From: a virus
Taxonomy: Duplodnaviria > Heunggongvirae > Uroviricota > Caudoviricetes
DNA length: 49,168 nucleotides
Strand: one strand, 5' to 3'
IMG/VR virus record: IMGVR_UViG_2565956718_000004
This document shows, piece by piece, positions 36,420-45,275 of this stretch (position 1 is its first letter; every line of letters starts with the position of its first letter). Position numbers and translations under genes: made by a program. Under the pieces are notes generated by a model. The model worked only from the letters and a program-made list of their open reading frames with translations, was not told the DNA's origin and did not search any database.

Positions 36420-36900
36420 TGGTCGCCTCCTTCATAAAAATAATCCAGTGGGTCTTGTCACCCTTTCCTGTTCGTTGACCGATAACAGGCTTTCTGTCGG
36501 TCAGTGCCAATATCTGGCGAACAGGTATTTGCGTTTCATTCCATTTAAAAATCAGAACGCTGTATGGCCGCAACACACGAAAGGCTTCTTTAAATCCCTG
36601 CCGCAAATCATCACGCCAGGTATCTTTATTCAGCCGTCCATATTTCTTTCCCATCCAGGCGTTATCACCAACACGCTCAAGATGCGGAGGGTCGAATACA
36701 ACAACCGGAAACGATGCGTCTGCAAATGGTAATGCACGAAAATCTGCTATCAGGTCAGGGCTAATTATCAGTCTTCGTCCATCACATAATGTGTGCTCTT
36801 CCTTTCTGATATCGCTAAATATCGCCCGGTCGTCATTCTTATCGAACCAGAACATGCGGCTGCCACAGCACATATCAAGAATGGTTGCCGGTGCACTCAC
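36406..36900 (-). CDS. small DNA methyltransferase (DPPH motif)
   Basis: 164-aa ORF; ILDMCCGS (SAM-binding-like) and VVFDPPH (motif IV-like); GTG start with RBS AGGAGG. Confidence 0.6.
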   Translation of the reverse strand: MSAPATILDMCCGSRMFWFDKNDDRAIFSDIRKEEHTLCDGRRLIISPDLIADFRALPFADASFPVVVFDPPHLERVGDNAWMGKKYGRLNKDTWRDDLRQGFKEAFRVLRPYSVLIFKWNETQIPVRQILALTDRKPVIGQRTGKGDKTHWIIFMKEATSEQD

Positions 36901-37319
36901 TGCGCTACCTCCTGAAAATTACCCTGATAAAACGACAATATGCGCTGCATAACTTCGCTCTTCCGGCACTCGCGACAGATTATGTTCTGACGCCTGTCGT
37001 AGCGGCGTATTTCGCCGTCTGGTAATAGCCAGATAAGGTCCGGATCAACCACAGATGGTTTCTTCAGCTTTGCCCTTGAGAGTTTTTTGCGGGCGTTTTG
37101 CCAGTCCTTGCGCGCCTGCTCAGACGGGAATACTCCGTAACCGGAATTGTAAACATCACCACTGGCGGCCAGCTCCATGCATAAACGACCGACAGACGCA
37201 TGACTGACACCAATTTCATCCGATAACTGCCGAATCGTGCCTCGTCCGTTAAGGCGTACGAATTCCACGATCAGCCCTTTAATTTTTTCCCGCTCTTCTT
37301 GTGTAAAAACTTTTGCCAC
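36897..37319 (-). CDS. winged-helix DNA-binding protein
   Basis: 140-aa ORF; HTH-like IRQLSDEIGVSHASVGRLCMEL; C-terminal CxxC. Confidence 0.5.
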   Translation of the reverse strand: MAKVFTQEEREKIKGLIVEFVRLNGRGTIRQLSDEIGVSHASVGRLCMELAASGDVYNSGYGVFPSEQARKDWQNARKKLSRAKLKKPSVVDPDLIWLLPDGEIRRYDRRQNIICRECRKSEVMQRILSFYQGNFQEVAQ

Positions 37320-37423
37320 AAGCCCTCCTGAAAATTACCTCATGACCAGAAATTAACATATTAGACGTCAACTAGTTTTGCCGACTCGCGCCAACTATAC
37401 TGGCCGCACCCTTCAGTGCGACA

Positions 37424-38179
37424 TCAAGTCGCGCTTGTTACTGCCTTCGCTGTCTTTTTCCTGTAGCTTTCACCTTTCAGTTCGAACATATATCCGTGAT
37501 GGATCAGCCGGTCTGCCGCCGCCACCGCCATAGTCTCATCCACGAAGATGCTGCCCCACATGCTGAACGGATGGTTACTGGTTATCACCAGGCTCCCACG
37601 TTCATAGCGATGCGCTATTAACTCGAACAGTACTCCCGTTTCGGCGCTGTCGCGTTTGACATAGCCAAGATCATCCACCACTATCACCCGGTAGCGATCC
37701 AGTTTCAGTAGCAGCTCATTCAGTTTCAACTGCGCTCTGGCTTTACGTAGTTCCTGCAACAACTCTCCTGCGCTGTAGAACCGGGCCCGGTAGCCCTGGC
37801 CTACTACGCCATCCACGATCGCTGCCGCCAGATGGCTTTTCCCCAACCCGCTGGCTCCGAACAGCAGAACGTTTTCTCCTGCATCAACCCAGTCTGTCGT
37901 TTCACAGAGTTGCCGGAACTGAGCTCCATTCAGTTCCGGCACCTGACTGAAGTCGTATTCGCTTAGCGTTTTGGCAACTGGCAACCGGGCCTCCTTTTTA
38001 TAACGACGCAGTTTTTCACTCTCGCGCCACAGGAGTTCTTCATTGCATAGCGTCAGAAGATAGCGCGATGGTGTCCAGCCTTCTGCCAGTGCTCGTTTTT
38101 CCAGAGCGTGCCATTCAGCTCCAACTCGTGTCAGGCGTAGTTTACGCAGGCTGCGTTCAAGGTGATGGATATTGCTCAC
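37424..38179 (-). CDS. istB: IS21-family helper ATPase IstB
   Basis: 251-aa ORF with Walker A GASGLGKSH and Walker B VVDDLG; overlaps the istA stop. Confidence 0.9.
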   Translation of the reverse strand: MSNIHHLERSLRKLRLTRVGAEWHALEKRALAEGWTPSRYLLTLCNEELLWRESEKLRRYKKEARLPVAKTLSEYDFSQVPELNGAQFRQLCETTDWVDAGENVLLFGASGLGKSHLAAAIVDGVVGQGYRARFYSAGELLQELRKARAQLKLNELLLKLDRYRVIVVDDLGYVKRDSAETGVLFELIAHRYERGSLVITSNHPFSMWGSIFVDETMAVAAADRLIHHGYMFELKGESYRKKTAKAVTSAT

Positions 38180-39675
38180 TGCGAACCTCCCTTGCCACGC
38201 AGTAGTTGCTCATAACTGCTCAGGTTATGCTGTTTCACATTGACTACCGGCAACGCCTTTTCCTTTATACCCAGGAAGCGCATCAGCCGGTGCAGATCCA
38301 CGTTTCCCGGGGTATTCAGCATCTGCTCCATACCTTTTGCCACGACTGAGATATCGTCGTATCCTGCAGCCAGTTTCAGAGCATGTACCATCAGCCTGCC
38401 TGCCATGTCGGGTTCCAGATGATTACATAAGCGACGCCACAGCCTCCGCCATTCATCGTCTGGCAGGATGTCATTTCTCAGCGTTGCATGGCAGAACGCA
38501 CCGGGCTTTTTTGCCAGACTGTCGATCACATGTCGGAAGTCGATACGACGGGCCCGCGTCTTCCCTTTTTCTGGTCTGACACGTGGGCAGCTCATGACCT
38601 CGCTGCTGCCAACGTAACAGCTCAGACGATCGTCCCATAACCGGACCCGTAACAGTTGACCTACAAGCCGGGAAGGTACGCTGTAGACGACGTGCTTCAC
38701 ATTGATGGTACTGCTGCGGCTAACCCTCACAGTCAGCTCATCATAGTCAGCACTGCGACGAAGCGGCAGCGGTTTCAGATGAAGACGTTCTTCCTTGACC
38801 AGATCCTGATTGTTACGGTTGTGCCGCATAACCTGCTGAGTGATGAAGGCCTGATATTCTTCTATGGTGCTGAAGTCGTTACTGCCCCGCAGTATCAGCG
38901 CCTGACAGATACGCCTTTTCAGATGTCCGTGGGCACTTTCAACCGAGCCATTTTCGTGGCCCCGACCGGCATTATTGTGTACGCCCTGCATTCCGTAGTG
39001 CTGACAGAGAGCAGCATAACGCTCAGTCAGCTCGCGGCGTCCATCTTCGCCCTGTTGTTTCCATGCTGCCCTCAGGCTGTCCGTTTTATGTTCTACCGGC
39101 ACTCCGCCCAGTTGTCCGAGGGCTTCCTGCAGACCTTCAGCCAGAGCAGAGAAGCTCTCACCACCCAGCACAACCCGCATCCAGCTCCAGTGGCTCCATT
39201 CCAGACGGAAGTGATACAACTTATGCGCCAACAACTTACCGGCGATGGTGACAACTACACCTTTCAGTTCAGTAAAGTCCGACAGACCTCGCAGACCGGG
39301 CTGATGTCGCTGGCGGAACATGACCTCCTGCTCTGCACCATACTGTAGCTTCCATTCGCGGACCCGCCGTTGCATTGTTCTTCGAAGGCTGTTGGGGTAC
39401 TGGCCGGGATATTTATCCTGTAGCATCTCCAGCAGAGTTGTTGGTGTCAGAGCCGGCCTCTCTTTCAACAGAGGAACAAGCATGCTGTCCCACACAGCTT
39501 CCAGAGGATCTTTGCGTGTGCGCCAGTGCCGAACACTGTTTTTTGCCCACTCTCCTTTTTCGATCCGACGACCAGAACGGACTGAGATACCAGCCTTCAT
39601 GGCCGAGATATGCTGAGTTATACCTTTCTTACGCTGAGTCATATAGTAACTGACCTGAGAAGTATTGAGCGTCAC
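38176..39675 (-). CDS. istA: IS21-family transposase IstA
   Basis: 499-aa ORF; N-terminal HTH and DDE/rve-like core (HENGSVESAHG). Confidence 0.85.
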   Translation of the reverse strand: MTLNTSQVSYYMTQRKKGITQHISAMKAGISVRSGRRIEKGEWAKNSVRHWRTRKDPLEAVWDSMLVPLLKERPALTPTTLLEMLQDKYPGQYPNSLRRTMQRRVREWKLQYGAEQEVMFRQRHQPGLRGLSDFTELKGVVVTIAGKLLAHKLYHFRLEWSHWSWMRVVLGGESFSALAEGLQEALGQLGGVPVEHKTDSLRAAWKQQGEDGRRELTERYAALCQHYGMQGVHNNAGRGHENGSVESAHGHLKRRICQALILRGSNDFSTIEEYQAFITQQVMRHNRNNQDLVKEERLHLKPLPLRRSADYDELTVRVSRSSTINVKHVVYSVPSRLVGQLLRVRLWDDRLSCYVGSSEVMSCPRVRPEKGKTRARRIDFRHVIDSLAKKPGAFCHATLRNDILPDDEWRRLWRRLCNHLEPDMAGRLMVHALKLAAGYDDISVVAKGMEQMLNTPGNVDLHRLMRFLGIKEKALPVVNVKQHNLSSYEQLLRGKGGSQ

Positions 39676-39775
39676 GCCATTTCCTGTTGGATCATGTAAA
39701 TGACACTCAGGTTACAAAACCGGCCAGAATAATCGGCGCCAGGCGGACTGAGTTATTGTCGTCTCATATTAACAC

Positions 39776-40753
39776 TTACCCCCTGAAGCCCGGCGGAATT
39801 TCAGTGTCCGGTTCAGAAATGTGATTCACGCAACGCTGCGCAGGCGAACGCCCCAGGCGGATAACCAGTTCATCCCATTTTTCCCGGAGTTTTGCCGGAC
39901 TCATGATGTTTTTTACCCAGAACGAATCCCGCTGGAGACGCCCAAACATTTCACAAATTTGTCTGTGAGTTCTGCCATCCAGCATCCGCATTGTGCGAAC
40001 GTCATTGGCCCATGCTGTCCAGTTGGGTTCTTTCGGTCTAGTGATCTCGCCATCATAGCTGGCCGCCTGCTCGTAAAGACTCACGATTCGTCCCCAGATC
40101 CACTGTGCGCACACCAAATCTTCCTGACTTCCCCACTGGCGTTTTTTCGCACTGAACACAACCGCGTCAGGGTGTCGGGTTAAAAAATCCTGTTCAGCCG
40201 TCTGCGGGTCCGGTTGCGAAGCGTCCGGACAAGAAGATCTTTTATCTGACGGATCAGGTTTTAATACTGACGGATCGGGGTCAATCATCGGCCCCCTAAT
40301 CGGCAGTTTTTTATCAACAGTTGATCCATCAAAATTTGACGGGTCAACCGTTGAGGGGTCAATATTTGACGGGTCAACTGTTAACGGGTCATTTTTTGCC
40401 GGGCTAATTTTTCTTTTCGGTTTATATGACTCACGCGCCGCCGCCGCAGCTGCTTCGAGTTTTTCCACATTAAGCCGATAGATATTGCTTACATTACGCC
40501 CACCGACCTTACGCTCTTCCTTCGTCAGCCAGCCCTCTTTCGCCAGTTCTGCAATAGCCGATTTCACTGTGGATTCACTTCTTGCACCGATCTGACGCCG
40601 GATAGTTTCAATGGCAGGCCATGACACGCCCTCGTCATTGCTGTAGTCTGCAAGACGGGCCATAACCGCCACCCTGGATAAGATCATGCCGGTGAAGGCG
40701 CACCCTTCCCAGACAAGACCATGAAGCTTGCTGCTCATAAAACCCCCGAACAC
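39776..40753 (-). CDS. replication initiator protein (O-like / YdaU-like) containing ori iterons
   Basis: 325-aa ORF; N-terminal HTH replication-protein-like region; central DPSNIDPSTVDPSNFDGSTVD repeats encoded by the iterons. Confidence 0.7.
   Translation of the reverse strand: MFGGFMSSKLHGLVWEGCAFTGMILSRVAVMARLADYSNDEGVSWPAIETIRRQIGARSESTVKSAIAELAKEGWLTKEERKVGGRNVSNIYRLNVEKLEAAAAAARESYKPKRKISPAKNDPLTVDPSNIDPSTVDPSNFDGSTVDKKLPIRGPMIDPDPSVLKPDPSDKRSSCPDASQPDPQTAEQDFLTRHPDAVVFSAKKRQWGSQEDLVCAQWIWGRIVSLYEQAASYDGEITRPKEPNWTAWANDVRTMRMLDGRTHRQICEMFGRLQRDSFWVKNIMSPAKLREKWDELVIRLGRSPAQRCVNHISEPDTEIPPGFRG
40240..40420. repeat. putative origin of replication: iterons plus AT-rich tract
   Basis: Direct repeats GACGGGTCAAC / GAGGGGTCAAT / GACGGGTCAAC / AACGGGTCATT and TGACGGATC copies, followed by an AT-rich tract beginning ATTTTTTGCC. 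Confidence 0.6.
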
Positions 40754-40760
40754 CGTGCTT

Positions 40761-41186
40761 TTAGTGCATCACCACAGCATTCCCTGCCGGGCCGCCGCGA
40801 TTCATCTGGTCATACAAAACAACCGCTGACGCAACAAAATCATCGACATCCTTCACCAGCCGATCCCTCCGTTCGACGATCTCACGGTAATATTCAGAAC
40901 TGTGGCTGCGCATACGGGCCACCAGCAAAGGCGGCATCGCCTTTTCGATCGCCGGTAACAGAGCCTGCATTTTTTCAACAGCATCAGGGGTGTCTTTATC
41001 CAGCCAACGGAAAATTTTCTGGGTATTACGGGCCAGGGCTTCCGGATGGCTGTCGTCATACAGTTCCGGGAACGTCATTCCCAGCTCGAAATACGCTTTG
41101 GTAATTTTCGCAGCCGGCACTTTTTCGCCGTCCGGATGCGCCCAGACATTCATCGCCATGCGGATGTGTTCATGCTTGATTTTCAT
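40761..41186 (-). CDS. YdaT-like (CII-like) regulatory protein
   Basis: 141-aa ORF beginning MKIKHEHI, directly downstream of the cro-like gene, as in Rac-type immunity regions (from memory). Confidence 0.55.
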   Translation of the reverse strand: MKIKHEHIRMAMNVWAHPDGEKVPAAKITKAYFELGMTFPELYDDSHPEALARNTQKIFRWLDKDTPDAVEKMQALLPAIEKAMPPLLVARMRSHSSEYYREIVERRDRLVKDVDDFVASAVVLYDQMNRGGPAGNAVVMH

Positions 41187-41451
41187 GAATCAAGCTCCTA
41201 GAAAGTGGTTGTGTTAACGTTTTGGTATCTTCCAGCTCGGGCCAAATATTCATCCAATCAAAAGGCCTTAGTTGCTGACGTGTAACTTCACCATTACTGG
41301 CTCGCTCAATAAGGACACATAACGATGCCCCTAACACTTGACCTTTACTCAATGCCTTTCTTAGATAACCGATGCTGGTACCACACTCGCATGCAAACAT
41401 ACGCTGTTCATCTGACGAAAGAGAATTGAGAAATATTCTTAATTCTTCCAT
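41170..41451 (-). CDS. Cro/YdaS-like HTH regulator
   Basis: 93-aa ORF divergent from the repressor; HTH-like CGTSIGYLRKALSKG. Confidence 0.6.
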   Translation of the reverse strand: MEELRIFLNSLSSDEQRMFACECGTSIGYLRKALSKGQVLGASLCVLIERASNGEVTRQQLRPFDWMNIWPELEDTKTLTQPLSRSLIHENQA

Positions 41452-41551
41452 AGCTACTCCTTAGTAAACACAGCAAAGAATACCCACAGGTAAACAAAAG
41501 TCAATACCCACAGGTTGTTTACCTTGCGGTAATCGCATCTATTATTTACCT
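41452..41551. promoter_or_regulatory. divergent promoter/operator region between cro-like and repressor genes
   Basis: Two copies of TACCCACAGGT and the inverted repeat AGGTAAACA...TGTTTACCT; related palindromes TACCCATGGGTA / TACCTATGGGTA downstream of the repressor gene near 42015-42050. Confidence 0.55.
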
Positions 41552-41971
41552 ATGGACAAATATGAATTTAGACGACAGCAACTCATCAAAATTCGTGATG
41601 AGAAATGCGATGGTAAAGCGGTTAACGTGGCCAGAAAGATCGGGCGCGAGCCTTCTTATGTATCAAGAATGTTGTACCCAGAGGGGAAAAAGGGAAAAAA
41701 ACGGATCGCTGATGATATGGTGGAGATTATCGAAGAGTCCTTTGGGTTACCCCGGGGATGGATGGATGGTATCGTTTCATCATCAACGAACACAGCCTCC
41801 AGTTATGAAACAAGGGTTCTAACGCCACGACAACGTATTTTTTTAGATCTCTTAGACGAACTGCCAGAAAGTGAAGCGGATAAATTATTAAAAACTCTTG
41901 AAGAGAAAAAACAGTATTACAATATGATCTACGAAGAAATCCGTAAAAAGAAAGCACAAAACGCATCATAG
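41552..41971 (+). CDS. prophage repressor (HTH, RacR-like; no peptidase domain evident)
   Basis: 139-aa ORF divergent from cro-like gene; HTH AVNVARKIGREPSYVSRML. Confidence 0.6.
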   Translation: MDKYEFRRQQLIKIRDEKCDGKAVNVARKIGREPSYVSRMLYPEGKKGKKRIADDMVEIIEESFGLPRGWMDGIVSSSTNTASSYETRVLTPRQRIFLDLLDELPESEADKLLKTLEEKKQYYNMIYEEIRKKKAQNAS

Positions 41972-42236
41972 CTCACCAAACAACTAGTCACCAGTTAAGA
42001 CACCGCAAAAATTTACCCATGGGTATTTACTTTTTAAATACCTATGGGTATCCTTCTTTTCATACCAACCCACCCCGCCCCACAGAACGCCAGGCAATAC
42101 TTCGAGTTACCCGGCAGTGGTCAGGGGTTAAGTAGCCAGCCCGAGGCGTATGAACATGACGGCGGGAACACTTTATATAACAGCGCAGCAGTTTTTTAGT
42201 TCCGCTACCCCGGCGTTAAGGGGAAATGAGGTCAGC

Positions 42237-42392
42237 ATGGATACTATCGATCTTGGCAACAGCGAATCTCTGGTATGTGGCGTGTTCCCCAACCAGGACG
42301 GTACGTTCACCGCAATGACGTATACCAAAAGCAAAACGTTTAAAACCGAAAATGGTGCCCGTCGCTGGCTGGAAAGAAACTCAGGTGAGTGA
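42237..42392 (+). CDS. small early protein (51 aa; YdaF-like by recollection)
   Basis: Start at MDTIDLGNSE with RBS GAGGT. Confidence 0.45.
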   Translation: MDTIDLGNSESLVCGVFPNQDGTFTAMTYTKSKTFKTENGARRWLERNSGE

Positions 42393-42393
42393 T

Positions 42394-42522
42394 ATGGATT
42401 TTGACACAATCATGGAAAAGGCTTACGAAGAATACTTCGAAGGCCTTGCCGAAGGCGAAGAAGCTCACAGCTTCAACGAATTTAAACAGGTGCTTTCCAG
42501 TTCGGCAAAATCTAACGGCTGA
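42394..42522 (+). CDS. small acidic early protein (42 aa; YdaG-like by recollection)
   Basis: ATG one nt after the upstream stop; MDFDTIMEKAYEEYFEGLAEGEEAHSFNEFKQ... Confidence 0.4.
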   Translation: MDFDTIMEKAYEEYFEGLAEGEEAHSFNEFKQVLSSSAKSNG

Positions 42523-42551
42523 TAAGCGAAACAGCACCGCGAGGAATCAGT

Positions 42552-42770
42552 ATGCAGAAACGAGAACCCGTCATCATCGCGCCAGACTATACCGATGATG
42601 AACTTTATGAGTGGATGCGCCAGAAAATTAATGCAGCGCAGGATCTGAAATGGGCCAATGAAGCCAGGACTAAGCAGGCTGAAAATCTGTCCGCTCTGGA
42701 GCAGGATATCACCAGGCTGGAAAAAGCAGCGGCATTAAGCATTGCCAGAATGGTTACATACCCACGTTAA
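42552..42770 (+). CDS. hypothetical protein (72 aa)
   Basis: 72-aa ORF with RBS GAGGAA. Confidence 0.45.
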   Translation: MQKREPVIIAPDYTDDELYEWMRQKINAAQDLKWANEARTKQAENLSALEQDITRLEKAAALSIARMVTYPR

Positions 42771-42792
42771 TAGCTAACCAACGAGGCTAATA

Positions 42793-43113
42793 ATGGAATT
42801 TAAAGATTTACCAATGCCATTCCAGGAAATGGCAGCGAATATAGTTCGTTCCCAACTGGCGACTCTTGACCTGAGTACCGTAGAAAAAGAAACCATCGAT
42901 ACTATATCCGGTAACGTGCGTCGTGCCTTTATCGGTCTGTACGAAGAGAAGCAGCTCTCTGATAACCAGGATTTACATGAAAAATACTTCCTGGATCTAA
43001 TGGACATCATTGATAAGGGGTTTGGCTTGTTAATGAAAAAGAAAGGGATTCGAATAGAACCCCTTGAAAATTACTTTGCAACAAAAAGCATTAATTCTTT
43101 TGATTCAAAATAA
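42793..43113 (+). CDS. hypothetical protein (106 aa)
   Basis: 106-aa ORF with RBS GAGG; 3' end overlaps the convergent 91-aa gene. Confidence 0.45.
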   Translation: MEFKDLPMPFQEMAANIVRSQLATLDLSTVEKETIDTISGNVRRAFIGLYEEKQLSDNQDLHEKYFLDLMDIIDKGFGLLMKKKGIRIEPLENYFATKSINSFDSK

Positions 43114-43366
43114 GAGAATTAATTACAGACTTAACATGCTCTTTCTCATGATTGAAGCTCTCATGATTGAAAGTGCCGGGTTGAAGCGAGTCGATATAAT
43201 CAACAAGACTCTGTCGTACGACTTCATTTTTATCCATAACAGATGCAAGAAATGAAATTGCTAAAAGAGTTATATCACTACGCGCCGCAGCATGCTGCAA
43301 TGCTTTATCAAAATTATTAATCTGGCGTATCAGGGAGTTAATGATTTCATCATTTTCAGTCGACAT
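43091..43366 (-). CDS. hypothetical protein (91 aa)
   Basis: Start at MSTENDEIIN with RBS AGGAGG 7 nt upstream; upstream part of the track ORF rejected. Confidence 0.5.
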   Translation of the reverse strand: MSTENDEIINSLIRQINNFDKALQHAAARSDITLLAISFLASVMDKNEVVRQSLVDYIDSLQPGTFNHESFNHEKEHVKSVINSLILNQKN

Positions 43367-44239
43367 TTCACCCTCCTGAGGGTTGGTGATTAAGGAGTTC
43401 TCCACGGGTGAGGTGGAGTGCGTGCGCCGGACACGGGTGAGCATCCGGCACTGACAGTTTACTGAAAGGATATTTCCCTGAAAAGTCAGACCATAACGCG
43501 AAAGCGCTCGGTGAGGTAGCTGGTTCATAGATAGCCTGTCGTTAAATTTTCGTCGACCGTGCGCTTCCGGTTGTGGCAATCCGCGAAATGGCGCGGCGGT
43601 AAGTATGGCGGGGTTATTCCTTCCCCCGTTGAGGACACCGGGTTGTCAGGTTGACCATACGCTTAAGTGACAACTCCGCTGCAACGCCCTCTGTTATCAA
43701 TTTTCTGGTGACTTTTGGCGGTATCAGTTCTACTCCGTGACTGCTCTGCCGCCCTTTTTAAAGTGAATTTTGTGATGCGGTGAATGCGGCTCAGCGCACG
43801 CGGAACAGTTAAAACAAGCGGTCTTTTACGGGCGTAACGGGAATGCTCTGTATCCGACGTTAATTGTTAACTGGTTAACGTCACCTGGAGGCACCAGGCA
43901 CCGCATCAACAAAGTTCACTTCGGTGATGAAAGGTAGAGAAAATGTTGAATGTAGCTATTGAAAACCAGAACGGGTGGAATTATAGTGCACCTGCACCTC
44001 ATAAAACGGGTGCCGGGCGTGGAAACCCGAAATCATTCACGGCGCATAACCGCGCTCAGGCGGTTTTTTTATGCGTTAAGCACAGCCACATTCGCATTAT
44101 GGTGGGGCGTGCAGGGCAGCCGCAAGGCTGGCCGGGTTCCGTGATGACCGGTATTTCCACCCCTGTACGTCTCACCACCCTTATGGTCGTGGAAAACCTC
44201 GGTGGTGAGTTAATCAAATTCATCGCGGAGGCTGCCATC

Positions 44240-44797
44240 ATGGCTACTATCCTTACCCTTTCTCACCCTGACGTAACCATCGAAAATGGTCGCGCTGTCA
44301 CTACGTCTGTTGCGATCGCCGAGTTCTTTGGCAAACGCCACGAACGAGTGTTGGATAAAATTCGCAATCTGGACTGTTCAGCAAAATTCACTGAGCACAA
44401 TTTTGTGTCAAGCGAATACACCGACTCAACCGGGCGCAAACTCCCAATGTACCAAATCACCAAAAACGGCTTCGTTTTCCTGGTGATGGGCTTCACTGGC
44501 AAAAAAGCCGCTGCATTTAAAGAGGCATACATTGCTGAGTTCGACCGCATGGAAGCAGAACTGCGCCAGAATAACGCCCCGTCTCCCGACAAAATGATTC
44601 ACGGGGACGGACGCACCCTGGTTATCCGTCTCGACGAACACGGCAATATCAAATTCACTGAAACCGTTCCTGACGACGCAATGGTCTGCACCCTGGATAC
44701 CTTCCGGTTTTATCTGGAGAAACAAGGATGGACTCTTGTAAACCGGAGCGCAATTAAAAATATGACTGTGGAGCAATTGCTAAAAATTCATTGTTGA
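44240..44797 (+). CDS. Rha-family phage regulatory protein
   Basis: Start at MATILTLSHPDV with RBS GGAGG; N-terminal Rha-domain pattern (RAVTTSVAIAEFFGKRHERVLDKIRNL ... MYQITKNGFVFLVMGFTG). Confidence 0.7.
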   Translation: MATILTLSHPDVTIENGRAVTTSVAIAEFFGKRHERVLDKIRNLDCSAKFTEHNFVSSEYTDSTGRKLPMYQITKNGFVFLVMGFTGKKAAAFKEAYIAEFDRMEAELRQNNAPSPDKMIHGDGRTLVIRLDEHGNIKFTETVPDDAMVCTLDTFRFYLEKQGWTLVNRSAIKNMTVEQLLKIHC

Positions 44798-44807
44798 GGA
44801 CGCGATA

Positions 44808-44996
44808 ATGGAAACGTCACTACCAAACGTTAATACGTCTGACGGGTGCTTTAATATTGGTGTTCTGCTCAGTAACAGGGATTTCACCGAGGATGCAATC
44901 AATATGAGAAAATATGAACCCTACCTGCTGAATGACAATTCCATACTCTCCAGAATTGCCCTTCTTAAACTCGGTATTTTCGGAGAGTGGCGATGA
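44808..44996 (+). CDS. hypothetical protein (62 aa)
   Basis: 62-aa ORF with RBS GAGGA. Confidence 0.35.
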   Translation: METSLPNVNTSDGCFNIGVLLSNRDFTEDAINMRKYEPYLLNDNSILSRIALLKLGIFGEWR

Positions 44997-45196
44997 ACAC
45001 ATTATTCGTACTCATTTTGACTGTACATCTCAATACTGGTGAGTCGCTTGATGCAATCACCGGCATGTACAACTCAATGAAAGAATGCATGGCTGCCGCA
45101 GCGGAACAGAAAATTCCCGGCAACTGTTATCCGGTCGATAAAGTTATTCACATGGACAATAACGAAATCCCGGCAGGATTAAAAACAGCGCCGTAA
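44987..45196 (+). CDS. hypothetical small hydrophobic protein (69 aa)
   Basis: Overlaps the upstream stop; N-terminal hydrophobic segment. Confidence 0.4.
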   Translation: MAMNTLFVLILTVHLNTGESLDAITGMYNSMKECMAAAAEQKIPGNCYPVDKVIHMDNNEIPAGLKTAP

Positions 45197-45275
45197 TTAA
45201 TATCCAGTTTCATTTTTATATGCCAGCAATGGCAGGGATTTGTTCACCCTTAAATCTGTAATGAGGTAAAACAAA

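Larger units (their letters stand above)
37353..39772 (-). mobile_element. IS21-family insertion sequence (istA-istB)
   Basis: istA/istB pair flanked by imperfect terminal inverted repeats (left CAACTAGTTTTGCCGACTCGCGCCAACTATACTGGCCG; right reverse-complement CAATAACTCAGTCCGCCTGGCGCCGATTATTCTGGCCGG); ends approximate to ~10 bp. Confidence 0.8.

Noticed and set aside
43367-43579. Upstream extension of the minus-strand ORF 43091-43579
   Set aside because: A perfect RBS precedes the internal ATG at 43366; the upstream 71 codons are basic and low-complexity.
43943-44239. N-terminal 99-codon extension of the rha ORF
   Set aside because: No RBS at 43943; a good RBS and the Rha-domain pattern begin at 44240.
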